NCBI GenBank assembly: GCA_964399675.1
Contig: CAYNRK010000003.1
Location: forward strand, 9,033-73,032
Direction: 5' to 3'
Source: an uncultured Gammaproteobacteria bacterium
Lineage (GTDB): Bacteria; Patescibacteriota; Patescibacteriia; UBA9934; GWF2-40-263
Length of the DNA stretch: 64,000 bases
Every line of letters begins with the position of its first letter. The stretch's first letter is position 1. The position numbers and the translations under genes were made by a program. The notes under the pieces are model-generated. The model did not search any database. It worked only from the letters and a program-made list of their open reading frames with translations, and was not told where the DNA came from. Positions 1 through 10,656 of the stretch are shown piece after piece.

Positions 1-231
1 TCCAAGCGTGTGCCAAAGGAAGTAGAAGGGAAAAAAGGCGCCAAAGACGAGAACATGATGGCTGCAATGAACAAGTCAATGAAATATTTTATGCCCGTAA
101 TCACAGTAGTGATTGGTGCATCTCTGCCTGCAGGGCTTACACTTTACTGGGTAACAGTTAATATTTTTTCTATTATTCAGCAATATCTCGTTTTCAATAA
201 AAAGAAAAAGCAGGAGAAAAAAGCGGAATAA
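1..231 (+). CDS. yidC: Membrane protein insertase YidC, C-terminal part (5' truncated by window edge)
   Basis: MKYFMP...SLPAGLTLYWVTVNIFSIIQQY matches the conserved YidC/Oxa1 C-terminal TM motif; frame is open from position 1. Confidence 0.9.
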   Translation, partial: SKRVPKEVEGKKGAKDENMMAAMNKSMKYFMPVITVVIGASLPAGLTLYWVTVNIFSIIQQYLVFNKKKKQEKKAE

Positions 232-277
232 CTATCCACAAGTCAACCAACCAATAGGCTGCTAAGATAGCTTCTGT

Positions 278-1213
278 ATGGAAGCTGAGCCAACAAATTT
301 GGAAGAATCAATCATGAAAACCCTTTGTTGGTTTTCTGTTTTTGATTACCCATTAAGTTTGTTTGAGGTTCACAAATGGTTGCTTGAACCAAATCAATCA
401 TATTCTCTTGAAGAGGTTATTGATTCGCTTGAATCAAGTAAGTGGTTGTCTGACAAGATAAAATCAAAGGATGGTTTTTATTCCCTTGCAAGCAAAAACA
501 TTTTTGATTCTGTAAAAAAACGACAGGCTCGATTTATTGATGCTGCGCGTAAGTATAAAAAACTCAAACGAGCTGCTCGTTTTTTTGCTGCGCTCCCTGG
601 GGTTCGGGCAGTGGCTGCTGCGAATACACTTAGTTGGTGGCACACAACCGAATCAAGCGACATTGATCTTTTTGTTGTAACACGTCCAGGCCATATTTGG
701 TCTTCTCGTTTTTATATGGTTTTACCTTTTCTTTTGGTGGGCAAGCGTCCAACTCACGATCATAACAACGAGCACGAGGACATTGATCCATTTTGTTTTA
801 CTTTTTTTTCAACACAAAATGCTTTGCAACTGGAGGAGATTGCCATAAGAGGGAAGGATTATTATTTGGCGTTTTGGACAAAAGCTCTTGTTCCGATTTT
901 TGATAAAGACAATTCTCTTGAAAAGGTTGGCAAAGTTAATTATTGGGCAACTCGTCTTTTGCCGCATGCAAAACAAAGTTGCGTTCATCATTCAATGAAG
1001 AATCACAAACGGTCATATCTACCTTTGCAAACAGGAGTTTTTGAGTCTTTGTTTCGTTTTGTTCAACAAAAAAGGCTTCCCAACCAATTACGCGACTGCG
1101 CAAACACAGATTCAGATGTTATTATTAACGACGATATGCTGAAGTTTCATGATAATGATAGGCGCGAAGAATATAGGGAAGAATATGAAAAAGTATTAGC
1201 AGCACAAATGTGA
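278..1213 (+). CDS. Hypothetical protein with nucleotidyltransferase-like motif
   Basis: 311-aa ORF; SSDIDLFVVT resembles the Pol-beta-type NTase DxD motif; C-terminal LKFHDNDRR. Confidence 0.55.
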   Translation: MEAEPTNLEESIMKTLCWFSVFDYPLSLFEVHKWLLEPNQSYSLEEVIDSLESSKWLSDKIKSKDGFYSLASKNIFDSVKKRQARFIDAARKYKKLKRAARFFAALPGVRAVAAANTLSWWHTTESSDIDLFVVTRPGHIWSSRFYMVLPFLLVGKRPTHDHNNEHEDIDPFCFTFFSTQNALQLEEIAIRGKDYYLAFWTKALVPIFDKDNSLEKVGKVNYWATRLLPHAKQSCVHHSMKNHKRSYLPLQTGVFESLFRFVQQKRLPNQLRDCANTDSDVIINDDMLKFHDNDRREEYREEYEKVLAAQM

Positions 1214-2487
1214 GAGATCGACTGTCAAATTATTTTTTATTTTTGTTTGTATTTCTTTTGCCGTGGCAAACGCGATGGATTTTTTCTGAACTCACAATTA
1301 ACGGGGATGTTACAGAGTATGGAAAGCTGGCTGTTTACGCCACAGAGATCTTGTTGCTTTTTGTAATGTTTTTGCGAGGCAGGCCGCAGATACTTCAAGG
1401 TGCTTACAATCCGGTTCGATATGGATATTTTATTCTTGCTGCAGGATTTTTCTCTGTCTCTTTAGCAGCAGGATTTGGTGTTGGTTTGATTCAGCTGTTG
1501 CACATCATTCTTGCGCTTTCGTTTTTTACAATCTTGTGTGATCAACGCACAAACGTTAAGCAAGTCATTATTGTTTTTTTAATTGGTTTGATTGTGCCGG
1601 TTGTTTTTGGTATTGCACAATTTTTTTCCGGAACAAATCCCGCCAGTTCCTATCTTGGAATGTCTTATCAAAATGCGCAGATTCCAGGTACAGCAGTTAT
1701 TGAAACCGAGGCCGGCAGATCGTTGCGAGCATACGGCAGCTTTTCACATCCAAATATTTTTGGTGGATATTTAATGGTTGGCATTCTTCTTATTGCCTGG
1801 ATTGTAAGATTTCAAACAACGCGCAATGCACATCTTCTTTCTGTTCCACTTATTTTGTTTGCGGTTTCTCTTATCTTTACTTTTTCAAGATCAGCCTGGC
1901 TTGGATTGATTTTATCTTTGCTTGTGCTTAGTGGACTTATGTTATGGCAAAGAAAAGTTCCTCCGCGCAGAGTTTTTCCAATTATGATTTTGGGACTTAT
2001 GAGCGTTCTTGTAACAATTAGTATTTTTAATTCCGAAGTTTATGCGCGGTTCAGGCCAGAGCTGCGCGTTGAAGCAATTTCAATTGAGGAGCGCGCATCT
2101 CAGTACACACACATTGATGACATTATTTTATCCAGACCTGTTTTTGGTGTTGGTCCTGGTGGTTATGTTTTTGCTCTTTCACAGTTAACTCCAAATCAGT
2201 CGGCCTGGTCTTATCAGCCGATTCACAACACATATCTTCTCATTCTTGCCGAGATTGGCGTGCTTGGTTTTTTTGGATTGTTTTGGTTTCTTATGTCCAT
2301 TGATAAAATCAGCAGCTCTGTTTCAAAAACAGCCGGTGGAATGTTTGCTTTTACATTAAGCCTTGCATTGTTTGTTGTTGGACTTTTTGATCATTATTTA
2401 TGGTCATCATGGGCAGGGCTTGCACTTTGCGCCTTATGTTTGGCACTTATTTTACGTTGGTCTTTAACTGAAAAGAAGGGCGAATAA
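1210..2487 (+). CDS. O-antigen ligase / O-oligosaccharyltransferase family membrane protein
   Basis: Multi-TM; RAYGSFSHPNIFGGY, TFSRSAW, PVFGVGPG, PIHNTYLLILAEIG motifs. Confidence 0.85.
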   Translation: MRDRLSNYFLFLFVFLLPWQTRWIFSELTINGDVTEYGKLAVYATEILLLFVMFLRGRPQILQGAYNPVRYGYFILAAGFFSVSLAAGFGVGLIQLLHIILALSFFTILCDQRTNVKQVIIVFLIGLIVPVVFGIAQFFSGTNPASSYLGMSYQNAQIPGTAVIETEAGRSLRAYGSFSHPNIFGGYLMVGILLIAWIVRFQTTRNAHLLSVPLILFAVSLIFTFSRSAWLGLILSLLVLSGLMLWQRKVPPRRVFPIMILGLMSVLVTISIFNSEVYARFRPELRVEAISIEERASQYTHIDDIILSRPVFGVGPGGYVFALSQLTPNQSAWSYQPIHNTYLLILAEIGVLGFFGLFWFLMSIDKISSSVSKTAGGMFAFTLSLALFVVGLFDHYLWSSWAGLALCALCLALILRWSLTEKKGE

Positions 2488-2565
2488 CTGATGTAAAACT
2501 TCCATATGGTAACTTTACATCAATTGTTTGGTTTGATATTTAGTTTGAGTAACTGGGAAATTCGG

Positions 2566-2594
2566 TTGACAAAACCGACTATTTAAGCTATAGT
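2566..2594 (+). promoter_or_regulatory. Sigma70-type promoter
   Basis: TTGACA(2566-2571)-N17-TATAGT(2589-2594). Confidence 0.7.
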
Positions 2595-2697
2595 TCTCTT
2601 CTGTTCATTGCATAATCTAACTCTGACTTTTGTTGAAGGTGGCCTCACTTCGCTCACTAGGTGAGCTTTGAGGGGCCGCTTTTAACAAAGGCTACTC

Positions 2698-3579
2698 ATG
2701 ACAACCCGAGTTTCTCGGGCCGTGAACGCCGGCGGTTTCAAGGAGGGCTACTCCATTATGGAACGCCTTATCGAGATCAGACATACCGAACTCCACCCAA
2801 CCCTTCGCGCTCTCTCGAGTGCGGGTGTGACCGTCGATGACGCAACTTGGCTCCGTCGGGACGGCAATGCCGCACTGGTCGAAGCCTTCATTCGAAGGAC
2901 ACGCGATCAGTACCCCTTCAAGCAGAGTATCCGAGAACAGCTCGCTGCTCTGCATGAGCAGAACAATGCTGGTAACTGGGGTATCCCAATGGAGACGTTC
3001 TCTTACCTCGTCGCTAGAGCTCCGAAATGGCCCAAGGGTCGCGACGCGTATCGCTCGTTCCGCATCCGCTTTGGCGAGGGGGTCAAAGGTGTGGCCAAGA
3101 CCTTTGAAGCGCACGCTGCAGCCATGAAGCGTGTCTTCGGTAACAGGTTCTGGCGCTGGGATTCTCTTCTGTCCGGCAAGACCCCACACCAACGCAAGGG
3201 TGGCGAGGATGTGGAGCGTTTGCGTTTGCTCAACGGCAACGATACTCATCGTCCTACAGTCCAGTGGGTCATCATTCCGGATCTGTCGGTCCATCGCCAG
3301 CGTGAGGACATCACGTCCGTACGTAACCCTCTGTCCCTGGCGGACGAAGGGCTTGTGCTTGCGTGGCTCAACCCCAAGCGTGCCGAGGCTGTTGACTACG
3401 AGGAGTGGCCGGCCTGGTTCTGTGCTGGTTACGAGCTCAACGTTCCCGAGCACGACGAAGAGCCATGGCAGAGCGTGGTGGTCGTGGGTCGCAGCGGGGG
3501 CGATAGCGAGGCAAGTCTGAGCGCCTACTTGCGCAACGATTCCAACCCGAGCTGCTCGGTGCCTTGTCTCAAGAGGTAG
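2698..3579 (+). CDS. GC-rich hypothetical protein; C-terminus resembles a DGR target (CLec-like); alternative start 2758
   Basis: 293-aa ORF behind its own promoter; AAGGAGG precedes ATG 2758; visibly higher GC than the flanks. Confidence 0.65.
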   Translation: MTTRVSRAVNAGGFKEGYSIMERLIEIRHTELHPTLRALSSAGVTVDDATWLRRDGNAALVEAFIRRTRDQYPFKQSIREQLAALHEQNNAGNWGIPMETFSYLVARAPKWPKGRDAYRSFRIRFGEGVKGVAKTFEAHAAAMKRVFGNRFWRWDSLLSGKTPHQRKGGEDVERLRLLNGNDTHRPTVQWVIIPDLSVHRQREDITSVRNPLSLADEGLVLAWLNPKRAEAVDYEEWPAWFCAGYELNVPEHDEEPWQSVVVVGRSGGDSEASLSAYLRNDSNPSCSVPCLKR

Positions 3580-3670
3580 TACCGAACTTGCCGCATCTGA
3601 GATTCGATCCAACAACGGGTCGCTCTCTTGGGTGCGGCTTTTCTATTGTTTTTGAGGCGATTCAAACTCC

Positions 3671-3699
3671 TTGACAAGAAGGCTTGTTTTAGGCAAGAT
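3671..3699 (+). promoter_or_regulatory. Sigma70-type promoter of groES-groEL
   Basis: TTGACA(3671-3676)-N17-CAAGAT directly upstream of the CIRCE. Confidence 0.55.
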
Positions 3700-3714
3700 A
3701 TTGGCGAATTCGAA

Positions 3715-3741
3715 TTAGCACTCTATTAGGGGGTTTGCTAA
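3715..3741 (+). promoter_or_regulatory. CIRCE element (HrcA operator)
   Basis: TTAGCACTC-N9-GTTTGCTAA versus consensus TTAGCACTC-N9-GAGTGCTAA, upstream of groES. Confidence 0.85.
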
Positions 3742-3758
3742 TCATTTATTTTTAAGCC

Positions 3759-3898
3759 TGTGTCATTGCGAGTCCGGCAGAGTCGGGCAAGTCCCTGCAT
3801 CCTGTGTCATTGCGAGGCCTAAAAGGCCGAAGCAATCCTCGTATAACGAAGATTGCCGCGTCGCCCCGTCTGACGGGGCTCCTCGCAATGACACAGGA
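3759..3898. repeat. Palindromic repeat family A (GTCATTGCGAG...GAAGCAATC...GATTGC...CTCGCAATGAC), one partial plus one full copy
   Basis: Terminal IR TCCTGTGTCATTGCGAGG / CCTCGCAATGACACAGGA (3800-3898); same family recurs at 6319, 20347, 36150, 51354, 61544, 63265. Confidence 0.85.
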
Positions 3899-3930
3899 CG
3901 CGAGATGCAAAGCAACGACAAAAACAAAAT

Positions 3931-5857
<1,927 letters not shown>

Positions 5858-5858
<1 letters not shown>

Positions 5859-5965
5859 TAGAAATATATTGAAATAAGTGGAAACTAATTGAAATAAATG
5901 GAAATAGGTTGTATTCAATCTATTTCTATTTTATTTCTGCCTATTTCTACTTATTTCCATTTTTG
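5858..5965. repeat. Inverted array of ~10-nt degenerate units (GAAATA / TATTTC)
   Basis: Five GAAATA-like units at 10-nt spacing followed by complementary TATTTC-like units. Confidence 0.7.
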
Positions 5966-5991
5966 TTAGAATGTTTATATAAACAAAAATT

Positions 5992-6312
5992 ATGACTTCA
6001 CAAAAAGCTCCAACAAAAGACGAGAAACTTTTAAGTGCAATTGGATATTTGGGCGTGCTTTGCATTGTGCCACTTATTCTAAAACGCAAAAGTGCATACG
6101 CACAGCATCATGGCAAGCAAGGTCTTGTGATTCTTATCGCATGGCTGATCCTTTGGGTAGGTAACATTATTCCGATTCTTGGCCAAATCGTTTGGGTTCT
6201 CGGATCCTTTGCGCTTCTCATCCTTGTTATTTTGGGCGTGATTAATGCTTTTAATGGCAGGATGTGGAAAATGCCGTATCTAGGATCGTTTGCCAAAAAA
6301 TTCAAGTTTTAA
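5992..6312 (+). CDS. Small membrane protein, DUF4870-like
   Basis: AIGYLGVLCIVP...HHGKQGL...GVINAFNG..KMPYLG pattern. Confidence 0.75.
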   Translation: MTSQKAPTKDEKLLSAIGYLGVLCIVPLILKRKSAYAQHHGKQGLVILIAWLILWVGNIIPILGQIVWVLGSFALLILVILGVINAFNGRMWKMPYLGSFAKKFKF

Positions 6313-6318
6313 TACTCT

Positions 6319-6412
6319 TGCGTCATTGCGAGGGAGCGAAGCGACCGAAGCAACCCCCGTGTACGGAGATTGCTTCGTCGGCCCGTCGGACGGACCTCCT
6401 CGCAACGACGCA
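6319..6412. repeat. Palindromic repeat family A copy
   Basis: TGCGTCATTGCGAGG...GAAGCAA...GATTGCTTCG...CCTCGCAACGACGCA. Confidence 0.85.
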
Positions 6413-6421
6413 TTGAAAGAT

Positions 6422-7553
6422 ATGAAAGAACTTCTTAATCAGATTCAAGGCCTCCGAGCGCGCGCAGAGCGTACTTGGAGGTATCTTTGACCTTGATACA
6501 GTTGAAACAGAAATAAAGGTTTTTGAAAAAGAAATGGAAGCTACTGATTTTTGGAAAGATCAGGAGCATGCAAAACGAATTAGCAAACAAGCTGCAGCGC
6601 TTAGGTCTGAGCTTGATATGTGGAAAACATTTTTAGATGATGTTCGTGATCTTGAAAGTTTCACACGTTTAGCGCACGATCAGGATGATGTAATGCTTGA
6701 AGATGATATAAGAGATCAATTTAAGATTCTTGAGAAAAAGTTTTCACGACTGGAGTTTCAAACTCTTTTTTCCAGTGAATATGACGATAATCCTGCGATT
6801 GTTTCAATTCATGCGGGATCAGGCGGAACAGAGGCGCAGGATTGGACGCAAATACTTCTTCGGATGATCAGTCGATTTTGTGAGTCAAAGGATTGGGATG
6901 TGGTAATTTTGGACGAATCGCGTGCTGAAGATGTTGGTCTTAAAAAAGTTACAATTCGTGTTGAAGGACGGTATGCTTATGGATATTTGAAATCCGAAGC
7001 AGGTGTGCATAGATTGGTGCGAATTTCGCCATTTGATGCAGAGAAAATGCGTCACACAACATTTGCGCTTATGGAAGTGATTCCAGAACTTGAGGAAGTG
7101 GAGCTTGAACTTGATGAAAAAGATTTACGGATTGATACGTTTATGGCAAGTGGTCATGGTGGGCAAAGTGTGAACACAACTTATTCTGCAGTGCGGATTG
7201 TGCACGAGCCAACTAAGACTACGGCGACTTGTCAAAATGAACGGTCTCAACAACAAAACAAGGAAACAGCGCTTAAGGTTTTGAAATCAAAACTGTTTCA
7301 ATTACAAAAAAAAGAACAAGAGGAAGAGAAAAAGAAACTGCGAGGAGATTATGCAGCTGCTGAGTGGGGAAATCAGATTCGTTCGTATGTACTTCATCCA
7401 TACAAAATGGTAAAAGATCATAGGACAAATTATGAAACCCAGGATACAGAGGCAGTGCTTGACGGGGAGCTTGAGCCGTTTATGGAAGCTTATTTAAGAA
7501 CGCAATTAGAAAACTCAGATCGATTTGAAAAAGCTAACAAAGACGACGATTAA
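6422..7553 (+). CDS. prfB: Peptide chain release factor 2, with programmed +1 frameshift at 6485-6491
   Basis: ATG 6422 frame ends at GGAGGTAT-CTT-TGA-C (canonical RF2 slip site); downstream frame carries SPF and GGQ motifs. Confidence 0.96.
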
Positions 7554-7554
7554 T

Positions 7555-8484
7555 ATGCCAAAGTACAAAACAGCATTAGTAACAGGAGGGGCGGGATTTA
7601 TTGGATCGCACATTGTTGATGCGTTGATTCGTCGTCGAATCAAGGTTTATGTTGTTGACGATCTTTCAACCGGAAATAAGAGCAACTTAAACCCAAACGC
7701 GCACTTTACAAAGTTGTCGGTTGTAAATCCGCAGTTTGCAAAATATCTCAAACGTCTTAAGCCGGATATTATTTTTCACCTTGCAGCTCAAATTAATTTG
7801 AGAGATTCTCTTATTGATCCACCAACAGACGCGCGAGTGAATATAATGGGCACACTTACGCTTGCACATTTGGCTGGTGAGATTGGTGTGAAAAAGATTG
7901 TTTATTCATCAACGGGTGGGCCAATGTACCCTGAAAGCGCACGTCTTCCTTATTCTGAGAAAACTCCACCACAACCGATTTCTCCATATGGTATTTCAAA
8001 AAGGGCTGGGGAAATGTATTTGCATTATGCTTATCAGGTGCATGGAATTCCTTATGTTGCATTACGATATGCAAACGTTTATGGGCCGCGGCAAAATTCA
8101 AAAGGAGAGGCAGGGGTTGTTGCAATATTTTCAGAAAGCATGCTGAAAGGAAAGCCTGTAACTATTTTTGGAACAGGAAAGCAAACGCGCGATTTTGTTT
8201 TTATTGATGATGTTGTGCGTGCGAATCTTTTTGCAATGAATCGTGCAGTTGTTGGTGAGTTTAATATAAGTACTGGTCGACAAACAGATGTTAATACCAT
8301 TTTGAAAAAAATTAAAAACATTACTGATTACGAATTACCGGAAAGACGAAAGCCAGCAGTTGCCGGTGAAGTAATGCAATCAGCGCTGAGTTATAAAAAG
8401 GCTAAAAAGTTTTTAGGTTGGGAGCCAAAAGTGAAACTAAATGAAGGATTGACGAAAACAGTAAAATGGTTTAAGAATCGTTAA
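7555..8484 (+). CDS. NAD-dependent epimerase/dehydratase (UDP-glucose 4-epimerase-like)
   Basis: VTGGAGFIGSH, YGISK (YxxxK), RYANVYGPRQ. Confidence 0.9.
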   Translation: MPKYKTALVTGGAGFIGSHIVDALIRRRIKVYVVDDLSTGNKSNLNPNAHFTKLSVVNPQFAKYLKRLKPDIIFHLAAQINLRDSLIDPPTDARVNIMGTLTLAHLAGEIGVKKIVYSSTGGPMYPESARLPYSEKTPPQPISPYGISKRAGEMYLHYAYQVHGIPYVALRYANVYGPRQNSKGEAGVVAIFSESMLKGKPVTIFGTGKQTRDFVFIDDVVRANLFAMNRAVVGEFNISTGRQTDVNTILKKIKNITDYELPERRKPAVAGEVMQSALSYKKAKKFLGWEPKVKLNEGLTKTVKWFKNR

Positions 8485-8486
8485 GC

Positions 8487-9095
8487 ATGTCAGTAAAAGA
8501 ATCAGATCTTCAAAAAGCTATTACAACCCTCCAGAACGGAGGTGTTGTTGTTTTTCCAACAGAGACTGCTTATGGATTAGCAGCTGATGCAACAAATAAG
8601 CATGCAGTTAATAAGATTTTTTCAATTAAACAAAGGCAACTTGAAAATAAACTTCCGCTTATTGCTGCAAGTAAACAAATGGTTGAAGAGTTTACAGAGG
8701 TTCCAGATTTGCTTAAAGAGCTTACTGATCAGTTTTGGCCTGGCCCACTTACAATTGCAATTAAGCCAAAACCCGGCATTTTTTCAGAAAACTTTATCAA
8801 TTCCGAAGGGCTGATTGCTATTCGGGTATCATCAAACAAAATCGCTCAAAAATTGTCTGATGGACTAGAAAAGCCTATTATCTCAACTTCTGCCAATATT
8901 TCCGGGCAACCTGCTTGTTACTCTGTTGATTCTGTGAAAGATCAGCTTAGTGCTCAAGCATTACAGCCAGACATGTATTTAGACGAGGGGGTGCTTGAAA
9001 AAAATAAACCTTCAACTATTGTAAAAGAGGAGAATGGAAAAATTGTCGTGGTTCGTCAGGGAGAGTTAGTTGTCCCAAACACATATGTTGCCTAA
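8487..9095 (+). CDS. tsaC: L-threonylcarbamoyladenylate synthase (YrdC/Sua5 family)
   Basis: FPTETAYGL, KQR, FWPGPLT, STSANISG. Confidence 0.93.
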   Translation: MSVKESDLQKAITTLQNGGVVVFPTETAYGLAADATNKHAVNKIFSIKQRQLENKLPLIAASKQMVEEFTEVPDLLKELTDQFWPGPLTIAIKPKPGIFSENFINSEGLIAIRVSSNKIAQKLSDGLEKPIISTSANISGQPACYSVDSVKDQLSAQALQPDMYLDEGVLEKNKPSTIVKEENGKIVVVRQGELVVPNTYVA

Positions 9096-9858
9096 AGCAA
9101 AAAAAGAATTTGGACAGAATTTTTTACAGGACCAGTCTGCAATTCAAAAAGTTATTGATGCTGCAGAGATTCAAAAAGGGGAAACAGTTCTTGAGATTGG
9201 TCCGGGAACAGGGGTGATTACAGAAGCGCTTGTAAAAGCCGGTGCTAAAGTTACAGCTGTTGAAATAGATGAGAAACTAGTTGAATTGTTAAAAGAAAAA
9301 TTCGACAATCAAATCGAATTAATTAATGACGATATACTTGCTACTAACTACTTGCTACCTGCTACTTTTAAATTAGTATCTTCTTTACCCTACAACATCA
9401 CCTCAGACGTTTTAAAAAAATTTCTCACACAAGAACCCAAACCAAGCAAAATAATCTTTGTCCTTCAAAAAGAAGTTGTTGATCGCATTGTTGCCAAACC
9501 TTCGAAAATGAGTTTGCTTTCCGTGATGTGTCAGCTTTATGCCAGGTGTGGAAAAGTGGCGAACATAAAAGCTGGAGCATTTTATCCTGTTCCAAAAGTA
9601 GATTCCGCGATCATTAAACTTGATCCTTGTCCTAAAGAACAATTCAAAGATTATAATCCAGAGCAAGTTATAAAACTTGCAAAAGTTGGATTTTCTTCAA
9701 AACGCAAACAATTAAAGAATAATTTAGCTTCTTTTGTAAATTTAAACGTTGCACAAATTGGGGAAAAGCTTCAAGAAATCGGGTTAGATCCAAGGGTGCG
9801 GGCAGAGAACTTAACAGTGGAAAATTGGGTGCAACTTTCTCAGATTTTTCTGCTATAA
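9085..9858 (+). CDS. rsmA: 16S rRNA adenine dimethyltransferase KsgA
   Basis: KKEFGQNFL, LEIGPGTG, LPYNIT, QKEV, PVPKVDS, RAENL. Confidence 0.95.
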   Translation: MLPKAKKEFGQNFLQDQSAIQKVIDAAEIQKGETVLEIGPGTGVITEALVKAGAKVTAVEIDEKLVELLKEKFDNQIELINDDILATNYLLPATFKLVSSLPYNITSDVLKKFLTQEPKPSKIIFVLQKEVVDRIVAKPSKMSLLSVMCQLYARCGKVANIKAGAFYPVPKVDSAIIKLDPCPKEQFKDYNPEQVIKLAKVGFSSKRKQLKNNLASFVNLNVAQIGEKLQEIGLDPRVRAENLTVENWVQLSQIFLL

Positions 9859-9874
9859 TGGGAAGGAAATCATT

Positions 9875-10591
9875 ATGGCCATAAAGAGATTGGGAAATAA
9901 ACCGACTCAGTCTTTGAGTACTGAGCAAAAGATTGCTTTTGCTCTATTGATGTTTCTTGGAATTGGTGGAATTTTATTTGGTTTTCAATCATTTGGTGCA
10001 AATCTGTCCCGTCCTATTCAACTTCAGATCGCTGAGTATTACACAGGCAAGGAGTATTTGAGTACTGATGAGCGTGAGACAAAAGAAAGGGAAGAAGCAA
10101 AAAATAAAGATACAGACAAAGACGGCATTTCAGATTACGACGAGTTATATATTTATAAAACCAGCCCATATCTTACTGACTCAGATTCTGATGGCTTTGA
10201 TGACAAAGCAGAAGTTTTCTCAGGCAATGATCCAAATTGTCCAACAGGTCGTGATTGCGGTCCTGGTGGTCAAGAGGAGGTTGGTAAGAAAGACAATCTT
10301 AAAGGTCTTGTTGAGGGAATAGGTAGTGGAGGAAACAAGATTTTGGAATCAGGACAAATGGAGCTTGAGAATGCACAAGACATTGAGTCTCTTTTTCGTG
10401 ATGCAACCATAGCTGAAATTCGCGAGGCTTTGATGGCAACCGGAATTTCAGAAGAGCAACTTTCAGAAATTGAAGATGATCAATTACAAGAAATGTTTTT
10501 TGGAGCAATTGACGATGCATCAGATGCCGGTGCCTTTGATACTCTTGCAGGAGATGATGTTAATTTACAGGAACTAGGTGCTGGGAACTAG
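9875..10591 (+). CDS. Membrane-anchored protein with thrombospondin-3-like Ca-binding repeats
   Basis: One N-terminal TM; DTDKDGISDYDE and DSDSDGFDDKAE repeats. Confidence 0.7.
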   Translation: MAIKRLGNKPTQSLSTEQKIAFALLMFLGIGGILFGFQSFGANLSRPIQLQIAEYYTGKEYLSTDERETKEREEAKNKDTDKDGISDYDELYIYKTSPYLTDSDSDGFDDKAEVFSGNDPNCPTGRDCGPGGQEEVGKKDNLKGLVEGIGSGGNKILESGQMELENAQDIESLFRDATIAEIREALMATGISEEQLSEIEDDQLQEMFFGAIDDASDAGAFDTLAGDDVNLQELGAGN

Positions 10592-10646
10592 GTGCTGGGA
10601 TTGCTTATTCCAGTTCCCAGCTCCCAGGCCCCAGTACCTAGGCCTC
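10570..10646. repeat. 14-nt tandem duplication plus inverted heptamer run
   Basis: GGAACTAGGTGCTG x2 followed by TTCCAGT TCCCAGC TCCCAGG CCCCAGT ACCTAGG. Confidence 0.7.
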
Positions 10647-10656
10647 AATTAGAATT

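Noticed and set aside
2692-3615. 307-aa minus-strand ORF
   Set aside because: Antisense shadow of the GC-rich plus-strand gene, which has the promoter and SD
6290-6490. 66-aa ORF as a separate gene
   Set aside because: Its 5' part is translated repeat and its 3' part is the pre-frameshift segment of prfB; prfB is not a pseudogene
9376-9400. SLPY instead of NLPY in RsmA as a sign of inactivation
   Set aside because: (D/N/S)PP(Y/F)-type motifs tolerate Ser and all other motifs are intact
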